Below, piece by piece: positions 12,191 through 26,500 of a stretch of DNA of 64,000 nucleotides. The notes under the pieces were generated by a model. It searched no databases. It saw only the letters and a list, made by a program, of their open reading frames with translations, and had not been told where the DNA came from. A program made the position numbers and the translations under genes. The stretch is from Utricularia gibba (Eukaryota; Plantae; Magnoliophyta), in the NCBI GenBank assembly GCA_002189035.1, contig NEEC01000004.1:2356001-2420000 (forward strand), written 5' to 3'. Every line of letters starts with the position of its first letter. Positions within the stretch are counted from its first letter, which is position 1.

Positions 12191-12310
12191 CAGACTCTTT
12201 TGATTCTCAGAGAAGTCGAAGGCGATCGCCTTCGAATCCATCCATTGTCCTCAGTTTCTTTTTCATCTGCGTGGAAGATTTTATTGGAAACGAATCATAA
12301 CTGCCCCCGC
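12191..12310 (+). other. Vestigial (start-less and stop-less) conserved-peptide uORF of S1 bZIPs
   Basis: The frame reads QTLLILREVEGDRLRIHPLSSVSFSSAWKILLETNHNCPR directly into the bZIP ATG. It is compared with the recalled SIRT uORF consensus MSPIILSEI...RRRTHLVQSFSVVFLYW. No ATG occurs between the TATA box and 12311. Confidence 0.5.
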
Positions 12311-12763
12311 ATGTCTCATTTCTCCCCCGAGTATCGCACGCTGCTGACATCCTCCACTTCCGGTTCGGAGGGGGAGAAGAGAAAGAGGAAGCGGATGGAA
12401 TCGAATCGGGAATCGGCGAGGCGGTCGAGGCAACGGAAGCAGAAGCATCTGGACGATCTCACGGCGCAGGTGGCGGAGCTGCGAAGAAAGAAGGCCGAGA
12501 TTACGATTTGCGTATCATCGGTAACGCAACGATTCATCGACGTCGAGACGGAAAACTCTGCCTTGAAGGCTCGGATGGCGGAGCTGACGGAGGCCCTTCA
12601 CTATCTCAACGGAATACTCAATTTCCTCGACCCTCATGCGGCGTGCGGCGGCGCGTGCAGTATTGAGACGGCGGAGTTTCAACTTCACCATGCCGATCCA
12701 GGCGATGGCATCATCGGTTCCGTCGGCGAGCTCCCCACCACGGCGAGATTTTTCAACATCTAG
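12311..12763 (+). CDS. bZIP11-like: S1-group basic leucine zipper transcription factor (bZIP11/2/44-like), 150 aa, intronless
   Basis: Contains SSTSGSE...KRKRKRMESNRESARRSRQRKQKHLDDLTAQV and a long zipper ...ETENSALKARMAELTEALHYLNGILNFL. The first ATG is at 12311; the ORF-track start at 12200 is TTG. Confidence 0.9.
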   Translation: MSHFSPEYRTLLTSSTSGSEGEKRKRKRMESNRESARRSRQRKQKHLDDLTAQVAELRRKKAEITICVSSVTQRFIDVETENSALKARMAELTEALHYLNGILNFLDPHAACGGACSIETAEFQLHHADPGDGIIGSVGELPTTARFFNI

Positions 12764-13007
12764 ACGTTTTCAGTTAGACGGGACGAACCCAAAAAATTGT
12801 ATTATATTTCACGTCATGTTGAAATGGCCGTAGTTTCTTCTTTGCGTGTAAGTTTTATTTAGCGTGTAATTAATTGATTTAATCATTTTTCTGGATAGAA
12901 TATGTGAACAGAGTTTGGTGTACAATTGCTTCAAGTGCCATTGCAGCCAGCAGGCATTGCCAAAGAACAAAACTCTGGTATTACCGGCACAAATATATGC
13001 AACATTC

Positions 13008-15076
13008 TCAGACCGCAGCTACAGATTCTGCAACATCATGTTTCCAGAACCTGTTGATGAGAAGCAAGGAATCGGCTTCAACAGCGATGCCGTCTTGGTT
13101 CCGATGCCACCCGAAGTAAGCATGCGTCCTGTTCTTGATATCGAACACCCCGTGTCCGAAGCTCGCTTCCCGGTATGCAGAGTATGCCGGTTGCGGGTGT
13201 GTCATGCTGCCAAAGATGAATGCAGATGAGAAGAGACTGAGGTCGCTGTGGTGAATGTGGAGAGTGAGCAACACTTACTCTGTCACCAACCCTTCTGAGT
13301 TCCCCCGTCTCCGATCGTGATGTACACCGGAGCAGACTCATCGGTAACAGGGGAACAAAGCCCATTCACTACATTGTATGCTATGTTGGAAATTCGTTCC
13401 TGCTCAATGCCCAAGTCTTTTAACTTGGAAGTTCATGTGCCTCTTCTGTTAATTGATTCACGGTGATACTTACAGAGCGTTCGTAGGCGTGAACATGGCC
13501 GGCAAATACGACGTCCACCTTGTACTTTACGAACCATGGCTCGTAAAGCACGCGCATACTTTCTCCTTCCATGTAGTGATGCACATAGCTGCTATAAAAA
13601 GGGACGTGTAGTAGTACAACTAGCCATGGTGTCTCTGACCTGTTCACTTTTGGTAGTTCGTTTGCAAGCCACTTGTATTGAGGGGTGTACGTTCCTGCAG
13701 CACAAAACCAATCAAATACATGAAACGCCATGTCTGCTGCCACAAGAAGTAGAAGAAATGGAGGAAAGCAAGTCACCGTAAGCTGAGTAACAAGAGAGGA
13801 CAATGATGTGGGCTGAAGCTCGCTTGATTGAGTACCAGAGTGGTGATGTGCTTTCAGATGCTTTGTACGGTGTAAAAAATCGGTTCAAAAAAGGTTTGAA
13901 GGGCACGTTTTCTCCCTACAAATTTGACGAGTTCCACTCCATCAAACTCAGAGGAAACTGGAAGAGCAGCATCCTTCTGGGAAAAAATACTTACAATTGC
14001 AGGAACAGTATCGATCTCATGATTTCCTACAGTCCAGATCCATGGCTGGTAAGCTGCACTTCTCTCAACGAATCTCCCCCATGAATCCCACCTCATGTTA
14101 TCATGGTTTGGATATCGGTCTGCATACGACAGATCCCCAACGAATAAAACCGTTTGCCCTTTCAGAGGATTCATCTCATAATGAGTTAGTGTCCTACTGG
14201 AGTCCCCAGTTTGTCCAAGATCACCTATTCATGATGCCAATCAGATCAACAGAAACGTTTACATTTTGGGAAGCGAGCCTAAACAGTTACCAACGTAGAA
14301 TACAACTAAAATTCAATGAAGTCATCTAACTAAGCATTGATAACACCAATTCTTCCTCTTGTGAGTAACTATTTTATCAAACTCGAAAAAAGGAAAAAAA
14401 AAAAAAAACTTCCATTCATGAAGTCTACACACCTATGAGCCCAAAGGTATAAGGAACGTCAGGGCCTGGTTTAGGAGGGGTTGTGAACCAGAACTGTCTT
14501 GCGGCACTCCCTGTCCCTATCTCATAGTAGTATTTTGTATCAAACTGCAGTTTTGACCGGATTGTTTAGTAATGTTTTACGTTAATGAACAGAGAAAGTA
14601 AAACAGAACACCATACAAGCAAATCCTCGATGGTGCAATGATGAATGAAACCAGACGTATAAGTGAAAAATTTGTATCTCCTGATAACCGCATACGCAGT
14701 TTGCTTAATCTCGCTGTTATCCTCCCAATAAACCACCGAATTGGAGCCTCGTGCATCCGGCGTAATCCAAGATATAATCACACCTCTACCCTCATAATCC
14801 CCTTGTGTAATGTGAACCTTCAAACCAACAAATCAAGCCCAGAAATCGAATATATTGAGATGAGGCAACAGAAATTAGAAAAAAGACTTCGCTTAGTACC
14901 TGCTGCGGAGCATTGTAACCCGGAGGGATACGAAACACATCGCTGTCGAAAGGCATATCTTCGGTGACGTCATTGATTCTCAGGTAGTTACTGGTGAATC
15001 CTGCTTGACATGACCGAATTAGCATCAAGCCCAGAAGCAGATACCCAAATCCATGCTGAACGCCATGGAACCCCAT
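13008..15076 (-). CDS. PAP: Purple acid phosphatase (PAP10/12/26 group), 8 exons: 15076-14900, 14817-14617, 14544-14433, 14224-13995, 13915-13777, 13694-13474, 13399-13279, 13206-13008. About 466 aa once an apparent 1-nt deletion in exon 7 is corrected.
   Basis: Signal-peptide-like N-terminus and all five metal-ligand motifs (GDLG, GDLSY, GNHE, VLLH, GHVH). All seven introns are GT-AG (72-208 bp) with consistent phases, except that exon 7 is 121 nt rather than 122 nt. Confidence 0.92.
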
Positions 15077-15167
15077 CCTTGAGCTGAGCTTCTGTGCGAC
15101 TGGAAAAAGAAAAGGGGAACTCTGGCTTATAGTTCTCAAGGATGGCAAGCAAAGATGGGAACGGAAG

Positions 15168-15175
15168 GAATATAC
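15168..15175. promoter_or_regulatory. P1BS (GNATATNC) PHR1-binding motif upstream of PAP
   Basis: gaatatac lies 92 bp upstream of the PAP ATG. A single 8-bp degenerate motif could occur by chance. Confidence 0.4.
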
Positions 15176-16149
15176 TGAAGAATATTTTTAGGCCAGAGAA
15201 GATCTGAAATGCAACGTCCATTTTAGGGATACGACAACAGCAATGGCTAAAATAGGAACGACAAAAGCTCATCTAAAACCATATTTCCCACAATAAATAT
15301 ATATATATATATGAAAAAATAATTCCTCAAAATGAATTCTCGTAAAAAAACTAATTTTCCGGAATAGATACATATTTGTAACAAACTTCCAGAAATGAGT
15401 TTTCTAAAATTAAATATGTTTGGAGTATTAGTGCTTGATAACTGATTATTAATAATATTTTACTTATTTACCCTTTCGATATCATTATTTTTATTCTGAC
15501 TAAATATACAATTCAGAATACCATATAATGTCGAAAATATCATTAAACTTTACATCATATGTTTTCAAATCGGAGTTCAAAGATAGACAGACATGAGACT
15601 GGTTTGGTCTGGAACCCGATTTTAATCGATCAAACAATAATTAATCAAAATAAATTATCACTTTAAAAAATTCTTTTGAAAGTCATATAAAATAAAATAT
15701 TGATATCAAATAATTATAATATATTATTAAATATATTTAATAATAGATGTATTGTGGATTTTAATGTTAATTATACAAATACACATAAATCATCTATAAA
15801 TAAAATCGTCTATATAGATAATTGATATTTGTGCCTTTTTTTCTAAATGCATTAAAAAACAAACGATAATAAAATAAAAGGATAATTTTAAAACGACATA
15901 AAATATAATCTTTTGATCAAACTTCATCATGTAGAAGATTGATCATATCTATGTATATGTAAACTTAAAAATGGGTTTGCTTATGCAAGTTTTGAAAATA
16001 TTATTATAAAATAATATTACTTGTTAATCGTTATTGTACTATCATTCGTTTAATAGGATTATAAAATTAAGTGAGTTATCATAATTATTTTATCTCCCAC
16101 AATTCTCAGGTTCTTCTACATATTTAATTCTAATACCTAAACCTCATAT

Positions 16150-16875
16150 TCTTAATGATAGATTAGCCCAAGTGTATCTTAACAACAATGATCAATTAAA
16201 CCTACTTAGGTTTAATTTGGGATTCTCTCACATTTACTTAGAGTGTTGTGGTAATCATGGCACAATAATAAAGAAAAAATATTACAAAAAAGAAATCATA
16301 ATTTCAACTAAATATCAAATACATTGTAAAACAAAGATACATGTAGGTATTTGCACAAGCAAATTTAGCATAAATCCTTAGTCACTGCACATAGTTGACT
16401 CCAAGTATGAAAAACAAAAAGAAAAGCTAACAAAACAAGTGATAGACTTGAAGACTCTTCAAGCAACTCTAAAACTTGGAACTCCAAAAAGCGTGGTACA
16501 TAAGGTCTTTTATAAAGTGGAAGATGTATTGAGATTTTTTCATGAGTCTAGTCTATCTTATATTCAAATCAATTTTTTTAAATTATATTAAATATTTTAT
16601 CTAATTCTCTTATCTTGGATCCAATGTTCATCTTTGAACCTTATTTTGATCTCAATTTCGATCTCCAACATGCCCATCTAACTTGAACCATGATTTTCCT
16701 TTAATTAGGGTTAATATTTACTTCAAAAATCACAAAATACACTTTTTTTTTCCAAAAATATCAATTTAATATAAAATATAATTAAAAATATAGAAAATGC
16801 TAAATAAAAGATGCAGAAAATGAGTAAAAAGGTATTGAAAAACAAAGAATATAAGTGAGAAAAAAACAATTATCA
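16150..16875 (-). mobile_element. LTR 5' fragment related to family C
   Basis: The reverse complement starts tgataattg... and resembles the 5' part of 53244-54402 (ttttggaaaaaaaa.gtg..ttttgtgatttt). The left boundary is uncertain. Confidence 0.4.
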
Positions 16876-18456
16876 CATTTGCATTAATAAAAACATAGTT
16901 CATTAGTGAATTGCTGAAAACCAATTAACCCTTCAATCAATTTAGCATTGAAATTTTTTAAAACCTTATTGATTTGTTTACTTTTTTATTTTGAACAATA
17001 AAATTTGATTTAAAAAAAATTAAATCCAAAACTGACAATCGAACATATAGTTCATTAATGAGTTGCTGAAAACCAATTAATCCATCGAGTTGAAAACACA
17101 GTTTACATCTAAAAGACAAACAATATGAAATAAATAAAAAAATAAAATTGTATTGGATTTTGTGAACTTTTATTATGAACATTATTTACTAAAGGAAGTA
17201 GAAGGATAGTGTTGATACTTCAAAAAACCTTAATGATTGATGCAACCAATTTCAAGACAAGTTCAATCTCTAGATCGAGAAATTGTGCAAGTTTCGCATA
17301 TCTTTAACTGTTAAGAATGCGTTTATTAAGACCAATCCGATGAGTAGACCAAAGCATACTCAATGAGAACACCCATAAGGTATCAAATGATGAAGAGCAT
17401 TCAGGCCCAAACTAACCACTCTTCAAGAGATGCATGATGATAATACAAATTATTTTAGTAGTTTTATGATATAAAATTAGGGTTTTTTTTATGAAATTTA
17501 TTGTTTTAGTATGAATTTTAATATTATTATATTTTTGTCTGTAAAAATAAACTAAATCATTGATTTAGTGCGTCATAGATTCCAATGTTGATTTTATGAG
17601 TTATTTATAGCAATTTTCCCATATTATCAAATCAAACTCTCTATCATGATAACACCAATAAGGCCTAGTCATATTTGTTTTATGAAATACTAGATATAAG
17701 TATTGTAACATGGATGAGTTATAAAACTTAAAAGGATTAAAATTGAAAAATCATAAAAAGGATCCTGATAGACTTAGGCGCTTTCGGGTTAATTAACACT
17801 TAAAACGTTAAAAACAAAAGTTGAGTAAACACAATTTCTTGGAATTTCTGAGACATCCATGTTTTATATTTGATGAATTTGATGTTGATAATTCAATATA
17901 TTGTTATTTTTAATTTTCTTATCTCACTTTTAAGTTATTATTTTTAATAAAAAATATTATCGAATTTGATATTTAGAAATGCATGAAATCACTATACTAC
18001 AATCATCAATTTCATGAATTCGATCTTAAACCCAACAAATAATCTCCTTTGTTTGTAATATATATGCATTAGGGATTATAAATTTTATTTAATTTGAAAT
18101 TTTTATTTTACAATGATTGAGAAATTTTTGTTAAGCATCATGTGTTGATGAATTGGCAGGCCTAATAAGCATGATAAAGAAGATGGGTGGAATAATGAAA
18201 CCATTTCTAAAAATTAGATATCTTCAAATTATATCTAAATAACATAATCAACCACATTTTACTTCACAAATACATATAAATGGAGGAGCAAGCTCACTCG
18301 AGAGAGAAGTCCTCTCGGAAAGTTCGCGCGTGTTCTCACATTTATCCTAATTCTAGCGAATTTTGTGACTCACATTAGATAGTTTTAGATGATAATTGCT
18401 ATTTTTTTGAATTATTACACCATGCCAAAAAAAGTACGTGTGCAACAAATGGATTT

Positions 18457-18900
18457 TGATGACTGATTATGTGTTGTTATAAACATATTTTTTCATTACT
18501 CTTCAAAATTGTTTTTACCTAGATTATACTCTAATTTATTATTATTTTCAATTCATTTTATATCTTTTACACTAATTTAATCTTTTTAAAGATATTTTTG
18601 AATTTATCCTAATTCTAGTTTGTTGATTTTTAGGATATTTTTGGATTAATTTGATGAAAAATCAATATCCAACAATTTATAAGTTTGTTTAAGTATGAAT
18701 CTCAGCCCAAGATTAAGTTAAAAGATGAAGATTCAGTTCAAAATTTATGATTAAGGTAAAGATTTAAAAATGATAATGAAAAATTTAAATTAAATATTCG
18801 AATATAAGATATTATTCAAATCCATCAAATAATACCAACATAAGATTTAGATTTTCTCTGTCATAGATACTCACTATCTCATATTTGTTTTCAATAATTT
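18457..18900 (+). mobile_element. LTR 5' fragment related to family C
   Basis: tgatgactgattatgtgttgttataaacatattttttcattac...ttattttcaatt aligns with 50082-50190. The right boundary is uncertain. Confidence 0.45.
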
Positions 18901-19192
18901 TAATTTTTTGTTTTATCTCAACCTACATGACGAAATAAATAAAATAATAATGTCAAAAAGAATTTCATAGTAGGCCAATGGGCTTGTAATTATAACATGG
19001 GTAAATTGGCCAATTAGAACTTTTTTAAAAATTAAAATTAATTCAAAAAATATATAATAATTAAAAAAGATTAATTCATATACTAAAAATTTTAATTTTC
19101 ATTAATTACAATTTTCATAAAACTAATAGTATAAAATTGAAATGTCATATATATTATAACAATTTATATTATAAAATCGAAATATTTGATTT

Positions 19193-19198
<6 letters not shown>

Positions 19199-19228
<30 letters not shown>
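19199..19228. repeat. (AT)15 microsatellite
   Basis: Read directly from the sequence. Confidence 0.9.
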
Positions 19229-19231
<3 letters not shown>

Positions 19232-19604
19232 TTTGTTTTACAGTTTTTTATTATATTAAATATATCTAAAAGGTAGGGCTATTCAACAAAAAAAAAAAAA
19301 TAATATTATGCAAAAGTTTGTGAAATAGGATCATATAACAAATAAATTTTTGACAGAGGATTAGTTGGAGAATTTACCCATTATTGGGTACCCAATTTTC
19401 AGGGCCTAAATGAACGTGAAAGCACAAGAAATGAAGAAAAACATGCCTGTGAATTGTGATCCTTGAAGTGGCGTAAAGTACAAGTCACCCATTTCCATTG
19501 GTCCACGTCGCGCTTTCTTACTTGGGACTGCCCCTATCTTCTCTCTTTAAAGTCGCTGTGGATAGGAAGAAAAATTGCTGCTTGCGCTCTGCTGTGCTTC
19601 TTCC

Positions 19605-21371
<1,767 letters not shown>

Positions 21372-21401
21372 GACACGCGTGAATCCCATTACGCAGGAAT
21401 A

Positions 21402-21422
21402 GGAGGAGGAGGAGGAGGAGGA
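21402..21422 (+). repeat. (GGA)7 microsatellite in the RD19 3' UTR
   Basis: Read directly from the sequence, 30 bp after the inferred stop codon. Confidence 0.85.
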
Positions 21423-23549
21423 TGCCACAAATCCTCCAGCCGTTTGTAAATATATCTATTGGTCATCCGCCACCCGCAGGTTCTGCAGAATATGAGGCCT
21501 TCCGGTTGAAAGCAAGTTATCCATACACCCAAACACCTCCAAAGTCCAGATTTGGTGAATAGTTTATAAGATCAGAAGAAATAAACCTCAGAGTTGTGCG
21601 CCCAATTAGTTCTGGGGTCGTACAATCCAACTGATTAATCGAAATGCGTGTGCAAAAAACATCTCATTTAACACCTCCCGCGCGAAGATTCGTTATTGAC
21701 ATGGAGGAAAGAAAAAAAGTTCCATTAAGTTCATTGCTCGTGACCTACAATATTGTATTGACCTCCGAAGTACACGACAAAAGTATGATGACATCATTTG
21801 ACTTGATATTTTAACTTTTCATGAGTAAAAAAACTTATAAGTAAAATATTATATCATTTACGTGGCAGAATAATATTTATCTTTGATTTTTCACAATCCG
21901 TAAATTTTAATGATGGTTTTTCTTTATTCTTCAGTTGGAATTTAGGCTTTATGTGTTCTTGCAATGAAATAAAAAAACACAAAATAAAAAATGCTTCTAC
22001 TTGTTAGTGTTCGTCTCTTGGAAGAATCCAAAAGAGCATCACTAAAAAAATTCACCTAAACATGCACAAGGAAAAATATGACGTAAATTAAAAATTATTT
22101 AAATGTTGTTTTTGGTCACATGTGTGATTGTGTGAATGGGTTATGAAACCCTATTAAAGAGAGTATTCGAATGAATGAATAGTGATTTTTGCCCCTCAAG
22201 GTGAATTCTTGAAGTTTCTCTATCTTTGCCAAATCATGAATCAAAATCAATATGGTATCAAAGCTAATGACCTATGGTTGTTATGAGGAATGAAAGAATT
22301 CCTAGTTCTTTTTTCTAAAAAATAACCCCTTAGCTGAAATGGAGAAAACATTGGTCAATAGTAAAAAAGGAGATGTGTGAGCCGAGCTTATCTTGATTCT
22401 CCTACTATAGCTCAAGAAGTTGGAAGCATTTGAAGAAGCAAAGTATGTAGCAATTACATCTCTACGTGCAGCTCTATCCAAGGAGATATTCAACAAAATC
22501 TCCACTTGCCATACTTCTAAGTAGATCTAGGTCAAACTTAAGGAGATATATGTTAGAGATGACAAGATGAGAAGTACAATCGAAGAAGTCGCATGGAAGA
22601 GCTTGAAAGGAACAAGATGGAAGAATGTGAAATGCTCAAGTAGTACCATGACAGAACCTCCAAACTAGTTAACGAAATTAAAACATTGGGGGAAGATCTT
22701 TTAGATGCTAAAGTCAAAGAGAAGGCTATGATGAACTTATCAGAAGAATTTGAAGCAAAACTCAATGCCATTGAACTTGAGGAAAATAAGAGAAAACTTA
22801 ATGATAATAACAAAAGAATGACGTTTTTTTGAATTTAAGATGAGTTGCAATCATTTGAAAAGAGAATGCAAACAAAGGAGAAACATAACATATCAAATTT
22901 TAAAGGTGATGTTGTGCTTTTCTCAAAAGGATCCATTGACCCAAAAGGAAAGGTAAAGAGTGAGATCATTAATGTGGCAAATGCTAAGTCACAAGGATGT
23001 ATATCTCCCAAGAAGAAATTTGATGTGACTGGTTTGAGAGATATACATTACTATCTAGGGATAGAATTAAATCAACAAGTGAGAAAACACACATTTCTCT
23101 ATCAAAGAAAATATTCACTAGAACTAATAAACAAGTTTAGCATGACAAATGCAAACTTTTATCGCATTCCAATGGAGTCTACAAAGTGAAATAAAAAATC
23201 AAGTGAAGATCAAGATTGTAATATGTTAATGCTCAGAAGCTTGCTGATCAACTTGATTTACCTGAGTCTCCAACACTCTAATTTATGCCATAGTGTGGAT
23301 ATTTTGTCAAGATGCATGAAGAACCCTTGAATGAGTCATTATCAAGTACGTGAAAGGGTTCTAAGATATGAAAAAAGGATTGTTGCTTATGATGTGTTGT
23401 TCTCATACATATGAAAATGGAAGAAGCACAGTTACATATATCATCAATATAAATAACAATCCTTTTTCATGGTTAACAAGACATCACTTTGTGGTTGTTT
23501 AGTTTATGTTCAAGGCTAGACCAACCTCATTAATAACACATAGTTTTGA

Positions 23550-26500
23550 GTGATTTAAGATAGGAAAATGATTAGAATTATACTACAAAAACTTAGATTT
23601 TATCATAAAAATTGTTAAAATCGAAACCAATAATAAATGATCTGGATATGGATATAAGATTATAATAACCAATTATAAATGGTCCGGATTTGGATTCTAC
23701 CTTTTAGGAACCATTTTATCCAAATCCAAACCGATTATTTTTAATTTTATATAAATATATTATGTAAGATTTATTGCACAGCAAGTAATAATAATGTATT
23801 TTTATGAAAACTCACATAGTTTTTAAAAGAGATACGTTGCGTGTCGTTTCCTCAACAAATTTTAAATATGTAAAACGTAAAACACAAAAAAAACGTAGTA
23901 CGAATATCGATCTCAGGGAATTGAGTTCTACGAAAAGTATGTTGTAGAAAACTTTCACAAATTATCACGGATTTGTAAAAAGGGGTTTTAGAAGTACAAG
24001 AAATAAAGATACAACCAAAGTAATGGACTTTGACTAAGGGTTGCAGTTTCTAGGAAATGAACTTCGTTTCCTCCTTTTGTCTATCCTTGCTTCGGTTTTC
24101 ACTGATTCCTTACGAATAACTGGTTATAGGAGCAAAAAATAGCCTATTCTTTCTTACACTTTGATTGACAATGAGGCACGGGAATAGCTTCATGTGATTC
24201 CCTCTTGGATGATTAAGAAGACAAGAGGATTGCTGTCGATTACCTTCAAAATTGAATTATGCGCATGTGCCCAACTGTTGTCAATGATCAGTGGCAAGCA
24301 CGAGGTCACTACTCGTCCACTATCGCAGTACCTCGGCCACAAACAATTCGCTACTTCCCTCGAACCAGTAGGGTTAGAGTTGGTGCTCTTCACCTTAGTC
24401 TTCATCAAAATTTGCAAACAGTGGCCTGCTACTCATGGACTGTGACTAAGAGTCGTTATAGAAAGACTGCAACAAAATGCATGGAAGTATGCAAAGTCCG
24501 GAATGAATTCAGCGAAGAACCAAGTGGAATGCTCAAGACTTGGAAGGAAACTTCATCTACTCCCAGTAATTAAAAGAGTTTAGCCGTAAAAGGCCATGAA
24601 AACAGAAAACGAAAAATGAAAGTTAAAGTGTTCTTCCTCTTTTGGAGGAGAGGAAGAACTCAAAAGTTGTAAGTCTAGAAAGAAAATATCCAAAAGTTCA
24701 AAAATAAGTGTTCCGAGTTGATTTTATATCACTCTCCACGTGCATTAACTCTTTATGATCCTCTTCCCATCATTCCTTCTGTCTTGCGTGCACCACCAGC
24801 TTTCATTTGCATGCAAATTAGTGCCCAATCATTGCTCCAAACTCTGACATACCGTAAATCAGGGATCTTGACTAGTGTTAGTCTTCTGTCTACAATTGTT
24901 CCAACTCGCGTGCAAGGCACGAAAAGTCAGAGTCTAACCTCCTGCAATACTCCTACAACACTCCACGACTGCCCCTTTTGACATATCTCGGTCAATGTGT
25001 ACGAAAAAGACCAAAAAAACTATATAAAATAGAAAAAGAGGAATTTTTTGATAAAATCAAATACTTAACAATCAGACTCCTAATTTGGGTGACTTAATAC
25101 TAGATTAATACCTAATAATACATAATAAACAACTAGAAAATTATGCTTAACAAGATAATATCATAATACAAGTTGATCATTTGAAAAAATCAAAAAGATT
25201 AAAACTTCTTAAAATAATAATATTAAAATATCATAGTCCAATCTACTAATATAACATCAACAGCAAATCAACAAAATAATCCTTAAAATAAAATTTAAAG
25301 TACAAAGAAATAAGGTTTTCCTATTTGATAATTTAGTTAACTTCATTTCATTGCATGACAAAAAGACAATCTTATCAAATTTCAACTAATTAAGAAGCTT
25401 TCACTGTCAAGTGCCGATGATGCCAAACCTAAAAATAAATGAACAAGTAAATAATTAAAAACATGAATAATTTAGTATTTTTAATAATCATACAGAAATA
25501 ATTTAATAAAAATATAATGATCTACCGTCATTATCATTATCTTCAATATCATAACCATCAAACATTGATTACTTTCTTTTTATTGTCAAATTTGTACCTT
25601 ACATAAAAAACATCTATATAATCATTTGAAAAATTGAAAACATAATAAAAAATGAATATATTTAACTTACCATGAATGTTACTCTGCAATCAACATCTAT
25701 CATTGGGAAGTCTGCTACATGTAGGACAAATTATATTTCCACTTGTACTAAAAGCAGATTCCGATGCAACACTCTAAATTGGAATTGCCAAAATATCCTA
25801 AGTCATTTTTTGTAAGATGGAATAGGCACCACCATTCATTTGCCATCATGCAAGAGCATTAAAATTTTCAGTTCTTGTTAACACCAGCTCATGTAGATAA
25901 GAATCTAATTTCGTTAAAGCATACTTTGCAACAATCTTATTCTTCTCAACAACAAATTGATCAAACTTTGACAAAGTCCTACATGTCTTGTTTGAAGATG
26001 AGCCACTTAAAGTCACATATGAGCCACATTGATCTTTTGTATGTTTTATGAAAAGAGCATATTAGGAGTCATCTTATAGACATTTAAAATATCACGGCAA
26101 CTTCTCCAAATCTCTTCAATCCTCTCACGTGCTGCATCTTCACCATAAATCTCATAAAAATAAAATCCAAGCAATGACATTTTATATCGTGGATCCAATA
26201 CAGCTGCCACTCCAAGAATGATATGACAACTTTCCCAATATTGATCAAACTTTATTGTCATCTCTTTAGCCATAGATGAAATATCATAATCCTTACTTTT
26301 CAATCAATCATCAATGTTCATCTTTAAATCACAGATAACTAGAAAAAAATATTACAAGTCGGATTCTTAGTACTAGAGAAAAGCAAAATAGCTTTATAAA
26401 AAATTTTCAATTTATCACATATTGTGTCCACTAACTGCCAATACTCTTCAGAAATGTAACATTTGCATTGTTTATCCATACGATGTAGAATGACACTTTG

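Noticed and set aside
12636-12833. Frameshifted bZIP C-terminus (alternative frame MPIQAMASS resembling QPIMAS)
   Set aside because: The main frame already ends in a plausible S1-type tail (LPTTARFFNI*), so the alternative-frame resemblance is probably chance.
15077-15148. N-terminal extensions in the ORF track for PAP (also RD19 19575-19604 and GLOX 34909-34938)
   Set aside because: They begin at TTG or GTG. The downstream ATGs give normal signal peptides and family-typical lengths.
24194-24445. 83-codon antisense ORF shared by two family B LTRs (also 41053-41304)
   Set aside because: It starts at GTG, and 26 of 83 residues differ, many non-conservatively. The third copy (6868-8147) is disrupted. 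This pattern fits neutral drift of LTR sequence.
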